A stretch of 64,000 nt of DNA from a candidate division WOR-3 bacterium (GCA_039804025.1 JBDRZP010000002.1:96851-160850); one strand, 5' to 3'; positions 1-10,359 are shown, counted from the first letter of the stretch. The notes: generated by a model from the sequence alone, not told the origin. Translations and numbers: made by a program.

Positions 1-376
1 TCATTGAAATATGGGCATGAGGAAAATTTCTTAGAGCAGAAAGTATAAAGAGTATTGCAAGCTCAGCAACAGCAACTGAGGAAGCTTCAGGTGAGTTTAT
101 AACTTTTATTCCTCTTTCCTCTGCAGCTTTAACATCTATATTATCCAGGCCAACACCAGCTCTTCCAATTATTTTAAGATTAGAAGCATTTTCAATAATA
201 TTTTTTGTTACCTTTGTAGCACTTCTAACAATAAGAACATGAAAATCTTTAATTAATTTTGCCAGTTCTTCTTCAGAAAGATTTAATATTTCTTTAACTT
301 CAAATCCTTTTGAAATTAAATAATTTTTCCCTTCTTCATGAATTTTATCTGTTATTAATATTTTATAATTTCCCAT
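1..376 (-). CDS. serA: D-3-phosphoglycerate dehydrogenase / D-isomer-specific 2-hydroxyacid dehydrogenase (N-terminal part; C-terminus lies beyond the window start)
   Basis: The minus-strand translation from the ATG at 376-374 reads MGNYKILITDKIHEEGKNYL...NLKIIGRAGVGLDNIDVKAAEERGIKVINSPEASSVAVAELA. This is the PGDH / 2-hydroxyacid dehydrogenase substrate-binding domain signature. The gene is not in the ORF track because it is truncated by the window edge. Confidence 0.7.
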   Translation of the reverse strand, partial: MGNYKILITDKIHEEGKNYLISKGFEVKEILNLSEEELAKLIKDFHVLIVRSATKVTKNIIENASNLKIIGRAGVGLDNIDVKAAEERGIKVINSPEASSVAVAELAILFILSALRNFPHAHISM

Positions 377-466
377 AATCTATTTTAAAACAAAAAAATA
401 AAAAATTGAAAATAAACTTATAATTAATATAGAACGAATTTCACATTTTCTTTTAAAATTATTAGT

Positions 467-1336
467 ATGATTCTAATAATTTATCTAATTTTCTTAAAAA
501 CAGAAGTTTCTATACTTAAAAAGGCTGATTCTCTTTTTGCATCTTTTGAATTCAAAAAAGCAATTGTCTTATGTGAAAAAGCCTTACAAAAATCCGTTTT
601 GAAGGAAGAAAAAGAAAAAATTATCTCAAAAATTATTGATATAGCTTATTTTACAGGCGAGTATAATCTGGCAATAAATTATTTAAAAACTTTAAATAAG
701 ATAAGAGAAAAAGGAAATAGAGATTCTATTTTTTATAAACTGGGATTAACATTTGAAAATATAGGTGAAACAGACAGTGCCTTAAAGTACTTTCAAAAAA
801 TTTTAATAGATTACAAAGAAAGTATTTTAAAGGAAATTGCAGAAAAGGAGATAGACAAAATTTTTGAAAAAAGGTTAAAAGAATATGTTGCAGAAGCTGG
901 AAATATAAAATTAACAAAATTGGAATATGAAAATTATGTAAAGAATTTACCACCTTATAAAAAACCTAAAAATAAAGAGGAAGAAAAAAAAGTTATTGAA
1001 GATTTATTATTAAAAAAATTAATTTTAATTGAATCCTTAAAAGAAGGACTTTTTTGGGATTATGAATATAATAAGGAATTAAAAAATTTAAAAGAGGAAA
1101 ATTTAATAAAGTTATATTTTAAAAAGATTGCTGATACAATAAATATAAAAGAAGAAGATATTAAAAATTATTATAATAAACACTTAGATAAATTCAAAAA
1201 AGAAAATAAAACCTTTGAGGATGCAAAGATTTATATAGAAAAGGCTTTAAGAATGGAAAAATTTAAAGAAAAAAAAGATAAAATAAAAGAAAATTTATTA
1301 AAAAAGTACAATACAAAAATATATAATGATAAATAA
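467..1336 (+). CDS. Lys/Glu-rich membrane-anchored hypothetical protein (TPR / SurA-N-like chaperone-like region, no PPIase domain recognised)
   Basis: 289-aa ORF with an N-terminal hydrophobic segment followed by K/E-rich helical repeats. It converges on the gene at 1365..4298 and shares a terminator with it. The function is not recognisable. Confidence 0.45.
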   Translation: MILIIYLIFLKTEVSILKKADSLFASFEFKKAIVLCEKALQKSVLKEEKEKIISKIIDIAYFTGEYNLAINYLKTLNKIREKGNRDSIFYKLGLTFENIGETDSALKYFQKILIDYKESILKEIAEKEIDKIFEKRLKEYVAEAGNIKLTKLEYENYVKNLPPYKKPKNKEEEKKVIEDLLLKKLILIESLKEGLFWDYEYNKELKNLKEENLIKLYFKKIADTINIKEEDIKNYYNKHLDKFKKENKTFEDAKIYIEKALRMEKFKEKKDKIKENLLKKYNTKIYNDK

Positions 1337-1340
1337 AAAA

Positions 1341-1358
1341 GGGGGGTTATCCCCCCCC
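1341..1358. terminator. Bidirectional intrinsic terminator hairpin (GGGGGG-TTAT-CCCCCCCC) between convergent genes
   Basis: A perfect GC stem in an AT-rich context. It is flanked by AAAAAA on the 5' side and TTATAATTATTT on the 3' side, so it is followed by a U-tract on either strand. Confidence 0.6.
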
Positions 1359-1364
1359 TTATAA

Positions 1365-4298
1365 TTATTTCACAAATACAAGTTTCTTAGTGATATCCTT
1401 TGTATTTGTTTCAAGTCTCACAAAGTATACACCTGAAGAAAGTTTGTCTCTATCAATCTTTACACTATATTTACCTGGTGTCATAAATTTGTTATCAATT
1501 AGAGTTGCAACTTTTACACCATTTACATTGTAAAGATTTATCTTCACAGGGGAAGCATATGGAATTGTAAAATTAATTTCAGGATTTTTAGAAATTGAAT
1601 TGGGAATATTAAGAGCAAGTTCAAGTCTTTCTTTTATATTAATTGGCTTTTTGCCTTCTTTGACAGCAACAACAGGGAAAATAAGTTTTGTATAATAGGA
1701 CGGGACCCTTACGCTATCATTATCCTGAGGGAACCATCCACCATATTCTATTTTATTTGCAAAAGTATCACCTACTTGGAAGAAAAATCCAACAGTGTCA
1801 GGGAAAGAAACATCCAGCTCCTCATCAAGGGACCCAAAAGGGATAGCAATTTCATACTGTTCGTAACCAAGAGGCATGGCAGAAGCACAAGGGAATCCAA
1901 CGCTTTTTGTCTGTCCAAGAGTTCTATCTACAAAAATAGGTGTGAAAGCTGCTATATCAAGAATTGAAGTATAATAGAGAGCAACTCTACCTTCTTTTTT
2001 AATACCTGGAGGAGGAAATTGACCATCGTTATTATCATCAAAATAAAGGAATATTCTATCAAATTGAGTTCTTGTCAAATCAAAGGGAGCCCTCACAGCT
2101 GCATAGAGATAATCACCATCGTATTTTAAATAAATGAAAGCAGAACCCGGGGGATTAAGTAATCTATGCATCTGGAATACATCTGATGCATCAAGTTTTA
2201 TAGCATCATTCCATTCACTCAAAGTATCAATAAATCCATCAATAATTGGCATAACCTGAGAAACAGGAACAGTAATAAATCTTGGAACTTCCACTGTTGT
2301 AAAGGAAAGAGACTTAAAATTATTTGTAGGTTTTACATCAGTTGAAAGAAGGGTTTTTATAGTGAGAGTATAATTGAGGTTACCTGCACCAGTAGTAAAG
2401 GGAGCAAAACTTACAAGCAAAGTATCGTCACTTATTAGGTTATTCACAAGAACTGTATCAGCATAGACTGTGACTCCAGCAGAGTCTATTTTGGCTTCCA
2501 CATTAAAACTTTCTGTATTTAATCCCTCATTAACTATTTTAGCCTGAATCTGAATTGAAGAATAGGCAGGAGCAAAGGGTTTTGGTTTTTCAATACTAAA
2601 TACTCCAACATCATGTGCATAAGGATATCTTACAAAGGCACACATCATAAGATCTCCAGTAGTTGCATATTGCTGCCAGGTTCCACCAATTCTTGCCCAA
2701 GTTCTTGATGGATAATTAAGAGAAGCATCCACACCCTGACCCTCTGTTCCAGGATAAGGATAAAGCTGAACATGACCTATCCAGAAATCTCCTGAATTAA
2801 TCTTTACTTTTGGAAAAGCATAAACCCAGGACCTTGAGCCTGAAGGGTCAAGTGAGTCTGTTGTAACATTCACGGTATCAACAAAAATTTCATTTCCAGG
2901 ATAACCTGAATTCTCATCAAATACAGAAATCTGGAAATCCTGATGGGTTGCATCAGGCCATGGCCAGTAAGGGTCTCCTTCTGATAGAATATAAACTTTA
3001 ACTGTATCTACATAATAAGGATATGTTGCTGGGGAAATTCTGTGTCCCCATGCATTACCAGCAGCATAAAATGCATAGGCATTTGCCATTACTCCGTCAT
3101 TATAACATATCCATTCACCTGAAGAAGCTTTAACTTGTTTTGTCAAAGTGTCATCTCCGGCAAAATCATCAGCATAATCGTGCCATACAATTATCTCATA
3201 AGTAAATTCTGATGGTGTCCACTGTGGAGAAAAAGTAATAGTATCAGATGCTCCAGCAGGAAGAGAAGGTATTGTTTGAGACGAAGAGTAAACCTGGACA
3301 CCGAGAGATTCAACAACACAATAAACATTAAAACTACCTGCATTTGTTTGACCTATATTTTTAACTACAGCTTTAATATCAGTAGGAGTATAGGGCATAG
3401 TAGTTGAGGAAGGTGATATTATTTGATAGGTGCTGACATCGTTATTGAAAGTGGCTGCCAATATTTTCCATATATAAGAGGCATAAAAGGCAGTATAGTA
3501 TATAAACTTATCACCATCAAAAACTATACCCTCTGGAATAAGACTGTAACCCCCGGGTGGAGCATACTGAGCCACAATTACACCGTTTGAGCCCGAAATA
3601 TCAACCTCATTTATCTCTGCAGAAGCTCCATTATCATCAGTAACCCACATATTTCCTGTTCTTGAATCATAACTTATATCCATTGGCCAATCAATAATAC
3701 TTCCAACACTTACAGTTCTAATAATCTGATTGGTGGAAGGATCCCATTGAACAAGAGAGCCTAATCCAACCCCACCACCAACACTTGCAACCCATAAATA
3801 ATTATTATCATTTGTAAGACCCCTTATATATGTTCCAACAGGTGAAGAATATGTTTGAACATAGGTTCCATTTGTCTGGTATTTATATATGTATCCATAG
3901 CTAAAATCAGCTATCCATAAATAACCCTGAAAATATGTTATTCCAAGACAATAACCGCCACTTGAAAGTTGCCACTGATTAACCACATTACCAGTTGAGG
4001 GATCAATAACATAAACTATAACAGGGGTAGTTGCATTTGAAATATTATAAAGGTAAGTCCCATCAAACCCAAGACCCATGTGATATGAACCTGGAGCAGG
4101 GAAGGAATCAACAACATCCCAGAGAGGAACCTTTAAAAGATTTTTATAAACCTCTGAAGGTTTTCCATTTTGAAGTAGAGAGGCACCTGCTTTTAAAAGT
4201 TCATCTTTTTTAGAGGTAGGTAAAGAACCTGTTTTTACTGTAATGCCTTCACCAGCTATAAGCCCTGCTACTAAAAGGGCTAAAATGAGACTCCTCAT
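1365..4298 (-). CDS. Large secreted T9SS-sorted surface protein (signal peptide, beta-propeller-like repeats, two CARDB-like domains, Por C-terminal sorting domain)
   Basis: There is a signal peptide, MRSLILALLVAGLIAGEG. The N-terminal half carries repeated YLW.AS / GG.G blade-like motifs. Ig-like, CARDB-type segments follow (VKNIGQTNAGSFNVYCVV; IVNEGLNTESFNVEAKIDS). The C-terminus, KINLYNVNGVKVATLI...GVYFVRLETN...KKLVFVK, is typical of a T9SS CTD. A good RBS, AAGGAGGAAAAGC, precedes the ATG. Confidence 0.7.
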   Translation of the reverse strand: MRSLILALLVAGLIAGEGITVKTGSLPTSKKDELLKAGASLLQNGKPSEVYKNLLKVPLWDVVDSFPAPGSYHMGLGFDGTYLYNISNATTPVIVYVIDPSTGNVVNQWQLSSGGYCLGITYFQGYLWIADFSYGYIYKYQTNGTYVQTYSSPVGTYIRGLTNDNNYLWVASVGGGVGLGSLVQWDPSTNQIIRTVSVGSIIDWPMDISYDSRTGNMWVTDDNGASAEINEVDISGSNGVIVAQYAPPGGYSLIPEGIVFDGDKFIYYTAFYASYIWKILAATFNNDVSTYQIISPSSTTMPYTPTDIKAVVKNIGQTNAGSFNVYCVVESLGVQVYSSSQTIPSLPAGASDTITFSPQWTPSEFTYEIIVWHDYADDFAGDDTLTKQVKASSGEWICYNDGVMANAYAFYAAGNAWGHRISPATYPYYVDTVKVYILSEGDPYWPWPDATHQDFQISVFDENSGYPGNEIFVDTVNVTTDSLDPSGSRSWVYAFPKVKINSGDFWIGHVQLYPYPGTEGQGVDASLNYPSRTWARIGGTWQQYATTGDLMMCAFVRYPYAHDVGVFSIEKPKPFAPAYSSIQIQAKIVNEGLNTESFNVEAKIDSAGVTVYADTVLVNNLISDDTLLVSFAPFTTGAGNLNYTLTIKTLLSTDVKPTNNFKSLSFTTVEVPRFITVPVSQVMPIIDGFIDTLSEWNDAIKLDASDVFQMHRLLNPPGSAFIYLKYDGDYLYAAVRAPFDLTRTQFDRIFLYFDDNNDGQFPPPGIKKEGRVALYYTSILDIAAFTPIFVDRTLGQTKSVGFPCASAMPLGYEQYEIAIPFGSLDEELDVSFPDTVGFFFQVGDTFANKIEYGGWFPQDNDSVRVPSYYTKLIFPVVAVKEGKKPINIKERLELALNIPNSISKNPEINFTIPYASPVKINLYNVNGVKVATLIDNKFMTPGKYSVKIDRDKLSSGVYFVRLETNTKDITKKLVFVK

Positions 4299-4321
4299 GC
4301 TTTTCCTCCTTATTTTTTCAG

Positions 4322-4333
4322 GGGATTGAACCC
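4322..4333 (-). promoter_or_regulatory. Upstream motif GGGTTCAATCCC (member of the recurring AGGTTCAAATCC family), 23 nt upstream of the ATG of 1365..4298
   Basis: Seen directly; see the finding on the recurring motif. Confidence 0.5.
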
Positions 4334-4344
4334 TTCATTAACTT

Positions 4345-7206
4345 TCATTTAAATATAATAAACTTACCTAAAAAGTCCCTTGAATCCGAGCTAAGTTTTA
4401 TAAAGTAAGTGCCCTTGGATAGTTTATTTGATTTTGAAATAATTTCTGAAAGTGAAAGGGTATAAATTCCCTCTTTTTCATAAAATTTAAAGGTATTACC
4501 GAGTCTTCTACCTGTTTGGTTATAAATTGAAACATAATATTTACCTGAGTAAGGAACAAAAAGTTTTAATTCATTATTTTTTAAACCAAAAGTTGATATG
4601 ATATAAGGACTATTTGAATAAATAAAGGAAACAGGTTTTTCTCTAATACCTAATCCATTCCAGACATCTCTTGCAGTATCAGCATTTCCCTGAAAATCAA
4701 AAAGACTGTCACCTGCAACAACAGCAAATGCTAAAACAATACTATCACCTGAAGGGATTGTAAATGAACCCGCTGAAATAAGAGTAGACCAGTTATCCTT
4801 CTGGTAAGTATTAGGAATTCCAATTAAACCCTTAAGAAATTGAAATTTATAGGCATCCGTAATATAGCCATTAGGGTCAACATAAACGGAATTCTGTATA
4901 AATGTTATATTTCTGGGGTTCTGTGGTTCAAGGAGTACAATTCCAAGACATTTGTTATGAGTAGGGTTACCATTACTTAAATAAATAGCTTTCCTTCCAA
5001 GATCTCTTCCACCTGTATCAGAATTTGGACTTATATCAATATCAAGAAACATTCCTGAGTAAAAATCAATCAAATTATAATTCCAGTTATTTTTTATTGT
5101 GTATTTAAAAATTATAAAATCGTTATAGGGTGGAAGTGCCCAAGCAAAACTTTCCTGATGCACCTCAACACCCCTTGAATTTGGGTGTCCTGAATCATCA
5201 TACCTTGCACTTGCATCCTGATCTGAATATTTAGTGGCTCCTATCTGTAATAATCCATTTGGTAAATACATCCAATCTGCGTTATCAGCTGAATAGTCTG
5301 TATTTAATACATAGGAATTTGAATTACCAGCCCAGATTGAACCAATTTTAAGATAATTTTGACTATTTTTAGGGTAATGAAGCCCACTACCTTCATTCTG
5401 GTTACTATTTGTAAATCCTATTGCTCCAAGAGCTGTAACTGTTAGCAAAATTTCACCAACATCATGATTTCCGTAAAGAACTGGTATAAGTCCAACCTTC
5501 AAATTGAAATTTCTGAAATCATAGATAGAATCATTGGAATTTATTTTAAGAACCATGGGAGCCTGATACCCCAGTGGAGTTGAAGGTGAAGATGTCACAA
5601 CAAAGGGATCAATGTTTACCTTTGAACTTTCTGTAGGCATATCAGGATAAAGTGCAGTTGAGTCTAAAACACTAACATATGAGTCTGAGGTTTTTAAAAC
5701 AGCATTTACATTTGTGGCATTAATACCTATATTTCTCAATGTAATAAAAAGATTTACAGTTTCACCCGGGTCAAATATACCGTTTCCATTACCATTTGCA
5801 TCATCAACTCTATACCTTGAAAATAGAATAAAGGGTCTATTCGGTGAGGGAGTATTTTGTAAGGCTTTCCATATATTCAATCTTCCCCATCCATAATTGT
5901 TATTTGGATAAGGTGAACCCTGAGTAGGCTTGTCAGGATAATCAATTATTAAACTGTATATCTGTTTTGGTGTAAGCAGATTATTTTTTTGAACAATAAT
6001 AGCAACTGCACCGGCAACATGGGGGGTTGCCATTGAAGTTCCATTCCAGCCTCCCTGATAACCCCCACCTGGAACAGAGGAACGAATATTTACTCCAGGT
6101 GCGCTTATCTGTGGCTTTATAAAGTTCCAGTCATTTCTCAACCAGTAAGTTGTATCATTAAAGGGACTCTGATTAGGGGCCGGTCCTCTGCTTGAAAAAG
6201 AAGCAATATTATCATTTATATCAGTTGCACCAACTGCAAGAGTATGAGGATAACTTCCTGGTGCTCTTAAACCTGAAAAACCCTCATTTCCAGCGGCAAA
6301 AACAGGTAAAATGCCGAGAGTAAGCCAGGTATATACAACACCCCACCAGTGCAAATCTGTATAATTTGTTGTTCCCCAGGAATTTGACACAGCTCTGATA
6401 TCAACTCTTCCCTTCCAGGAAACCATTGAGTCCATACATGGGTCTATAGTTGCATAACTTCCAGAACCGCTAGAATTAAAAGCCTTGGCTGTAACAAATC
6501 TCGCACCAGGAGCAACTCCTATATCTTCTGTAAAAGGACCTACGCCATCTCCTCCGAGAATAGTTCCCATTGTATGGGTTCCGTGTCCGTTATCATCATA
6601 TGGATTAGGATTTCCATTTACACCATCAAACCAGTAACCTGTAACCCATTTACCTGAAAGAGCAGGATGAGATACCTCTACTCCTGTATCAATATGACCT
6701 ATTATAACATCCTGTCCATTATAACCAGCATACCAGCAGGAATCAGCTTTAACCTTTGAAACATTCCACTCAATAGCTGCTGGATAGGTATTATCCTTTT
6801 CAGTTTTTGTGTATATTATCTTTACCTCGCGATTTTCATCTATAAACCAGATATCATCATTTTTTTCAAGTGCATAAATAACTTTTTTAGTAGCCTCCAT
6901 ATGAAAACCATTATAAGCAAAATTCTTCATTAGAATTTCATATTCACCCTTAAAATTATCTTCAAGCCATTTTATTACTTTTGACTGAGAATTTTTGGCA
7001 TATTCCTTAAAAAACCGAACTTTTTCTTCTGTTGAAAGGGAAGTTATTTCATCATAAGGATAAATATCAGAAAGATGCACAACAACGTGAATTCTATCAT
7101 TCTTTGAGAGATAATTCAATTTTTCTCTTAGTGAGGGTGTTATTTTACCCTCAAAAGGCAGATAAGGGGGAGTTAACCCCCATATTATTAATAAAAATTT
7201 AAACAT
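4345..7206 (-). CDS. Subtilisin-like serine protease (peptidase S8, fervidolysin-like) with T9SS C-terminal sorting domain
   Basis: The catalytic triad motifs are present: HIDTGVEVSHPAL (Asp), HGTHTMGTILGG (His) and GTSMATPHVAGAVAI (Ser). It also has an N-terminal signal peptide plus propeptide and the C-terminal beta-sandwich GTYFIKLSSDSRDFLGKFIIFK. The RBS AAAGGAGGTATA precedes the ATG. Confidence 0.85.
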   Translation of the reverse strand: MFKFLLIIWGLTPPYLPFEGKITPSLREKLNYLSKNDRIHVVVHLSDIYPYDEITSLSTEEKVRFFKEYAKNSQSKVIKWLEDNFKGEYEILMKNFAYNGFHMEATKKVIYALEKNDDIWFIDENREVKIIYTKTEKDNTYPAAIEWNVSKVKADSCWYAGYNGQDVIIGHIDTGVEVSHPALSGKWVTGYWFDGVNGNPNPYDDNGHGTHTMGTILGGDGVGPFTEDIGVAPGARFVTAKAFNSSGSGSYATIDPCMDSMVSWKGRVDIRAVSNSWGTTNYTDLHWWGVVYTWLTLGILPVFAAGNEGFSGLRAPGSYPHTLAVGATDINDNIASFSSRGPAPNQSPFNDTTYWLRNDWNFIKPQISAPGVNIRSSVPGGGYQGGWNGTSMATPHVAGAVAIIVQKNNLLTPKQIYSLIIDYPDKPTQGSPYPNNNYGWGRLNIWKALQNTPSPNRPFILFSRYRVDDANGNGNGIFDPGETVNLFITLRNIGINATNVNAVLKTSDSYVSVLDSTALYPDMPTESSKVNIDPFVVTSSPSTPLGYQAPMVLKINSNDSIYDFRNFNLKVGLIPVLYGNHDVGEILLTVTALGAIGFTNSNQNEGSGLHYPKNSQNYLKIGSIWAGNSNSYVLNTDYSADNADWMYLPNGLLQIGATKYSDQDASARYDDSGHPNSRGVEVHQESFAWALPPYNDFIIFKYTIKNNWNYNLIDFYSGMFLDIDISPNSDTGGRDLGRKAIYLSNGNPTHNKCLGIVLLEPQNPRNITFIQNSVYVDPNGYITDAYKFQFLKGLIGIPNTYQKDNWSTLISAGSFTIPSGDSIVLAFAVVAGDSLFDFQGNADTARDVWNGLGIREKPVSFIYSNSPYIISTFGLKNNELKLFVPYSGKYYVSIYNQTGRRLGNTFKFYEKEGIYTLSLSEIISKSNKLSKGTYFIKLSSDSRDFLGKFIIFK

Positions 7207-7572
7207 TTATACCTCCTTTTTAACCTTTATTTAAACTGATTCTTTAATTAAATTTTCTATCTTTTTCCTTTAACCCCCCCTAAATAATATTTTTATTTTA
7301 AGTCAAATTTTCATAAATGCCAAAAGTTTGTAGAATACCATAACAATATTGAATTTTTCTGGCTCAATAAGATTAAAAGAGGTGCCCACTACAAAATGTT
7401 TTTTGTATATTCCTCTTTAAATTTTTCAACATAGGTATTTTCTCATAAAATTTTTTGCATTTCACCTCATAAAAATTTGTAAGCATAAGCAAAACCAAAC
7501 TTTGTTTTTAAAAGAGTTGCACAGAAAATATACCTTTACTTTACCCGTTTTTGCATAAAAAGTGAATTTTTG

Positions 7573-7590
7573 CGCACCCTAAAGGGTGCG
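7573..7590. other. GC-rich perfect palindrome CGCACCC-TAAA-GGGTGCG inside a 487-bp AT-rich intergenic region
   Basis: Seen directly. It has no adjacent U-tract on either strand. It is either an atypical terminator of the upstream minus-strand operon, whose stop is at 7694, or a protein-binding palindrome. Confidence 0.3.
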
Positions 7591-7693
7591 GCTACCATAA
7601 AATTATAGAATATGAGAATAAATGTCAAAAATTTTCAAAAAATTAATTTTTACCTTTTCCCATTATCTAATATCTCTTTAAAATTTTTCAAAG

Positions 7694-9187
7694 TTATTTA
7701 TTTTCCCAGGTATCAATCTGAGCTTTTTGAAGTTTTCCTGAATAATCTATATAAACTGTTTTTATCTCCGTAAAGATATCATAAACCGTCCACCCGCCTT
7801 CCCTGTGTCCGTTACCAGTAGCCTTTACCCCTCCAAAAGGAAGATGACACTCTGCTCCTATTGTTGGTCCATTTATATAAGTAATACCAGCCTCAATTCT
7901 CGCTATTGCCTTCATTGCATTATTTATATCCTGTGTGTAAATTGAAGAAGATAGGCCATATTTGGTTCCATTTAATATATCAATAGCCTCATCAAGATTT
8001 TTAGCCTTTATAAAAGCAACAACAGGACCAAATATCTCCTCCTGACAGATCCTCATAGAAGGTTCAGCATCTTTAAATACAGTGGGTTTATAAAAGAAAC
8101 CTTTATCATATTCATCTCCCTTTAAAGGTTCTCCACCAAGAATAAGTTTTGCACCCTCCCTTTTCCCAATTTCTACATATGAATGAATTTTATTCCTCTG
8201 AGCTTCATTAATAACAGGACCCATTTCAGTTCTTTCATCAAGAGGGTTTCCGATTTTTAAAAGCTTTGCTCTTTCCACAAACATCTCAATAAACTTCTCA
8301 TAAATATCCTGATGAACAATTATCCTTGATGTAGCAGTGCATCTCTGACCTGCTGTGGCATAAGCTCCCCATAAGGCTCCTTCAAGGGCAAGTTCAAGAT
8401 TTGCATCAGGCATGACAATTTGGGCATTTTTACCACCAAGTTCAAGGGAAACTTTCTTAAGATTTTTTCCAGCAACCTCTGCTATTCTTGAACCCACTTC
8501 TGAAGAACCAGTAAAAGCAACGCCCCTTATATCAGGATGAGAAAGTAAAATTTCCCCAACTTCACTACCCCCTCCGAATACAAGATTTATAACACCAGGA
8601 GGTGTTCCTGCTTCTTCTAAAATCTTAACCAGTTCATAAGCACAAGCTGGAGCATCAGAAGGTGGTTTAAAAACGAGAGTATTACCTGCTAAAAGAGCAG
8701 GGAAAATTTTCCATGCAGGAAGAGCAATTGGAAAATTCCATGGTGTTATAACAGCAAAAACACCAACAGGCATTCTGAATGTCAAAGCAAATTTATCAGG
8801 AAGTTCTGAGGGAGTGTTATAAGAGAATAGTCTTCTTCCTTCTCCAAAGGCATAGAAAGCAGTATCAATTCCTTCTTGGACATCACCCCTTGCTTCCTTC
8901 ATTATTTTTCCATTTTCCCTTGCAAGAAGTTTAGCAACTTCTTCTTTTCTTTCAAGAAGAATTTCAGCAGCCTTTCTCATTACTTCAGCTCTCTTTGGAG
9001 CAGGAACTTTTGACCACATCTTAAAAGCCTTTTTTGCAGCTAAAATAGCTTCTTCTACATCCTCTCTTACTGATTTGGGGAAAAGTCCAATAACTTCATC
9101 CCAGTTTGCAGGATTTCTGTTTTCAAAAAACTTACCTGATTTTGAAGGTTTCCATTTACCATCAATATAATTTAAATACTCCTTCAT
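7694..9187 (-). CDS. NAD(P)-dependent aldehyde dehydrogenase family protein
   Basis: ALDH signatures are present: the catalytic Cys in GQRCTATSR, the Glu in LELGGKNAQIV, and FTGSSEVG / EEIFGPVV. The RBS is AAAGGAGGGATTT. Confidence 0.85.
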   Translation of the reverse strand: MKEYLNYIDGKWKPSKSGKFFENRNPANWDEVIGLFPKSVREDVEEAILAAKKAFKMWSKVPAPKRAEVMRKAAEILLERKEEVAKLLARENGKIMKEARGDVQEGIDTAFYAFGEGRRLFSYNTPSELPDKFALTFRMPVGVFAVITPWNFPIALPAWKIFPALLAGNTLVFKPPSDAPACAYELVKILEEAGTPPGVINLVFGGGSEVGEILLSHPDIRGVAFTGSSEVGSRIAEVAGKNLKKVSLELGGKNAQIVMPDANLELALEGALWGAYATAGQRCTATSRIIVHQDIYEKFIEMFVERAKLLKIGNPLDERTEMGPVINEAQRNKIHSYVEIGKREGAKLILGGEPLKGDEYDKGFFYKPTVFKDAEPSMRICQEEIFGPVVAFIKAKNLDEAIDILNGTKYGLSSSIYTQDINNAMKAIARIEAGITYINGPTIGAECHLPFGGVKATGNGHREGGWTVYDIFTEIKTVYIDYSGKLQKAQIDTWENK

Positions 9188-9211
9188 AAATCCCTCCTTT
9201 TTTAAAATTAA

Positions 9212-9664
9212 TTAAAATCCTTCTTTTAAATCAAATTCTTCACCTTTTTGCATAATTTCCTCAGCTACAAAAATCTTTGAACCTGTCCTTAAGGCAATTG
9301 CTATTGAATCAGAGGGTCTTGCATCAATAGAATAAATGTTTCCCTCTTTATCTTTAAATAGTAGTCTTGCATAATAAGTTGTATCTTTTAAAGCATTAAT
9401 AACAATTTTCTCTAACTGAATATCAAAAGCATCAAGAATTGATTTAATCAAATCATGGGTTAAAGGTCTTTCATAAACTATGCCTTTCATACCCATATAA
9501 ATTGCCTGTGCTTCTGGTTTTCCAATCCATATTGGAAGAAAACGGTTCCTGTTTTTCTCTTTTAAAACAACCACAAAAGTCTCTTCATTTATAGCACCCT
9601 CAGGACCAAGGGTTTGTTGGTAAATTGAAAAAACTTCTACTTCTACAATTTGAGGTTCATTCAT
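9212..9664 (-). CDS. Bifunctional nuclease (BFN / DUF151) family protein
   Basis: 150 aa with the characteristic DUF151 motif DARPSDSIAIALRTG. Confidence 0.65.
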   Translation of the reverse strand: MNEPQIVEVEVFSIYQQTLGPEGAINEETFVVVLKEKNRNRFLPIWIGKPEAQAIYMGMKGIVYERPLTHDLIKSILDAFDIQLEKIVINALKDTTYYARLLFKDKEGNIYSIDARPSDSIAIALRTGSKIFVAEEIMQKGEEFDLKEGF

Positions 9665-10359
9665 AATATAAAATTATAAAATAAAAAAGCAGTCAAAATT
9701 GTTAAAACTATACCTGAAAAAGACCTAAAAACTAAAAAAAACTTAACTTTTTTATCTTTAAAGTTAAATATAAAATAAAGGGTTGAAATAAAAGGAATTA
9801 AAGAAAGAAAAGGGTTTAAAAAATAAAGAAAAAAGGAAGAACCCCTTTCAACAAATCCCCAGAATTTCATTTTTCCCTGAATAAGATTATTGTACTTAAA
9901 AAATGTATATTCTATTGAATATAAAAGAATCCAGTAAGCATAAGTAACAATAATAATAAATGTTAAAATTTTAAAAAAAGAAGGCTCAAACCATAAACCC
10001 TTTTCCTTTACTTCAGGAAGCGGATAATACATAGAAAAAATGAAAATGATAAATATATGCAATAGCTGATCAATTACATAATAAAAAAAATTTTCTCCAA
10101 TTTCTTCTCTATAAGACAAGAATACCTTAAATTTATCCTGGATAATATGCAAAATTGTTATGAGAATAATCCCAAAAAGAACATTTAAAGAAAAGGAAAA
10201 AGGCAAAAGAAATAAGAACATTGAAGAAAAAAGCAAAAGACCATGAATTAAAATACCTGATATACTTTTAGTTTTCTTTTCAAAAAGTTTATCTGTTTGA
10301 AGAGGATAATCTGTAAGAAAATGAGCAAAAGTTAAATGCCAGAAAAAAAAAGAATTCAA
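9661..10359 (-). CDS. DUF3307-like integral membrane protein
   Basis: Polytopic hydrophobic protein with an N-terminal [10 protein letters not shown] motif of the kind seen in DUF3307. It overlaps both of its neighbours by 4 nt. Confidence 0.5.
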   Translation of the reverse strand: MNSFFFWHLTFAHFLTDYPLQTDKLFEKKTKSISGILIHGLLLFSSMFLFLLPFSFSLNVLFGIILITILHIIQDKFKVFLSYREEIGENFFYYVIDQLLHIFIIFIFSMYYPLPEVKEKGLWFEPSFFKILTFIIIVTYAYWILLYSIEYTFFKYNNLIQGKMKFWGFVERGSSFFLYFLNPFLSLIPFISTLYFIFNFKDKKVKFFLVFRSFSGIVLTILTAFLFYNFIL

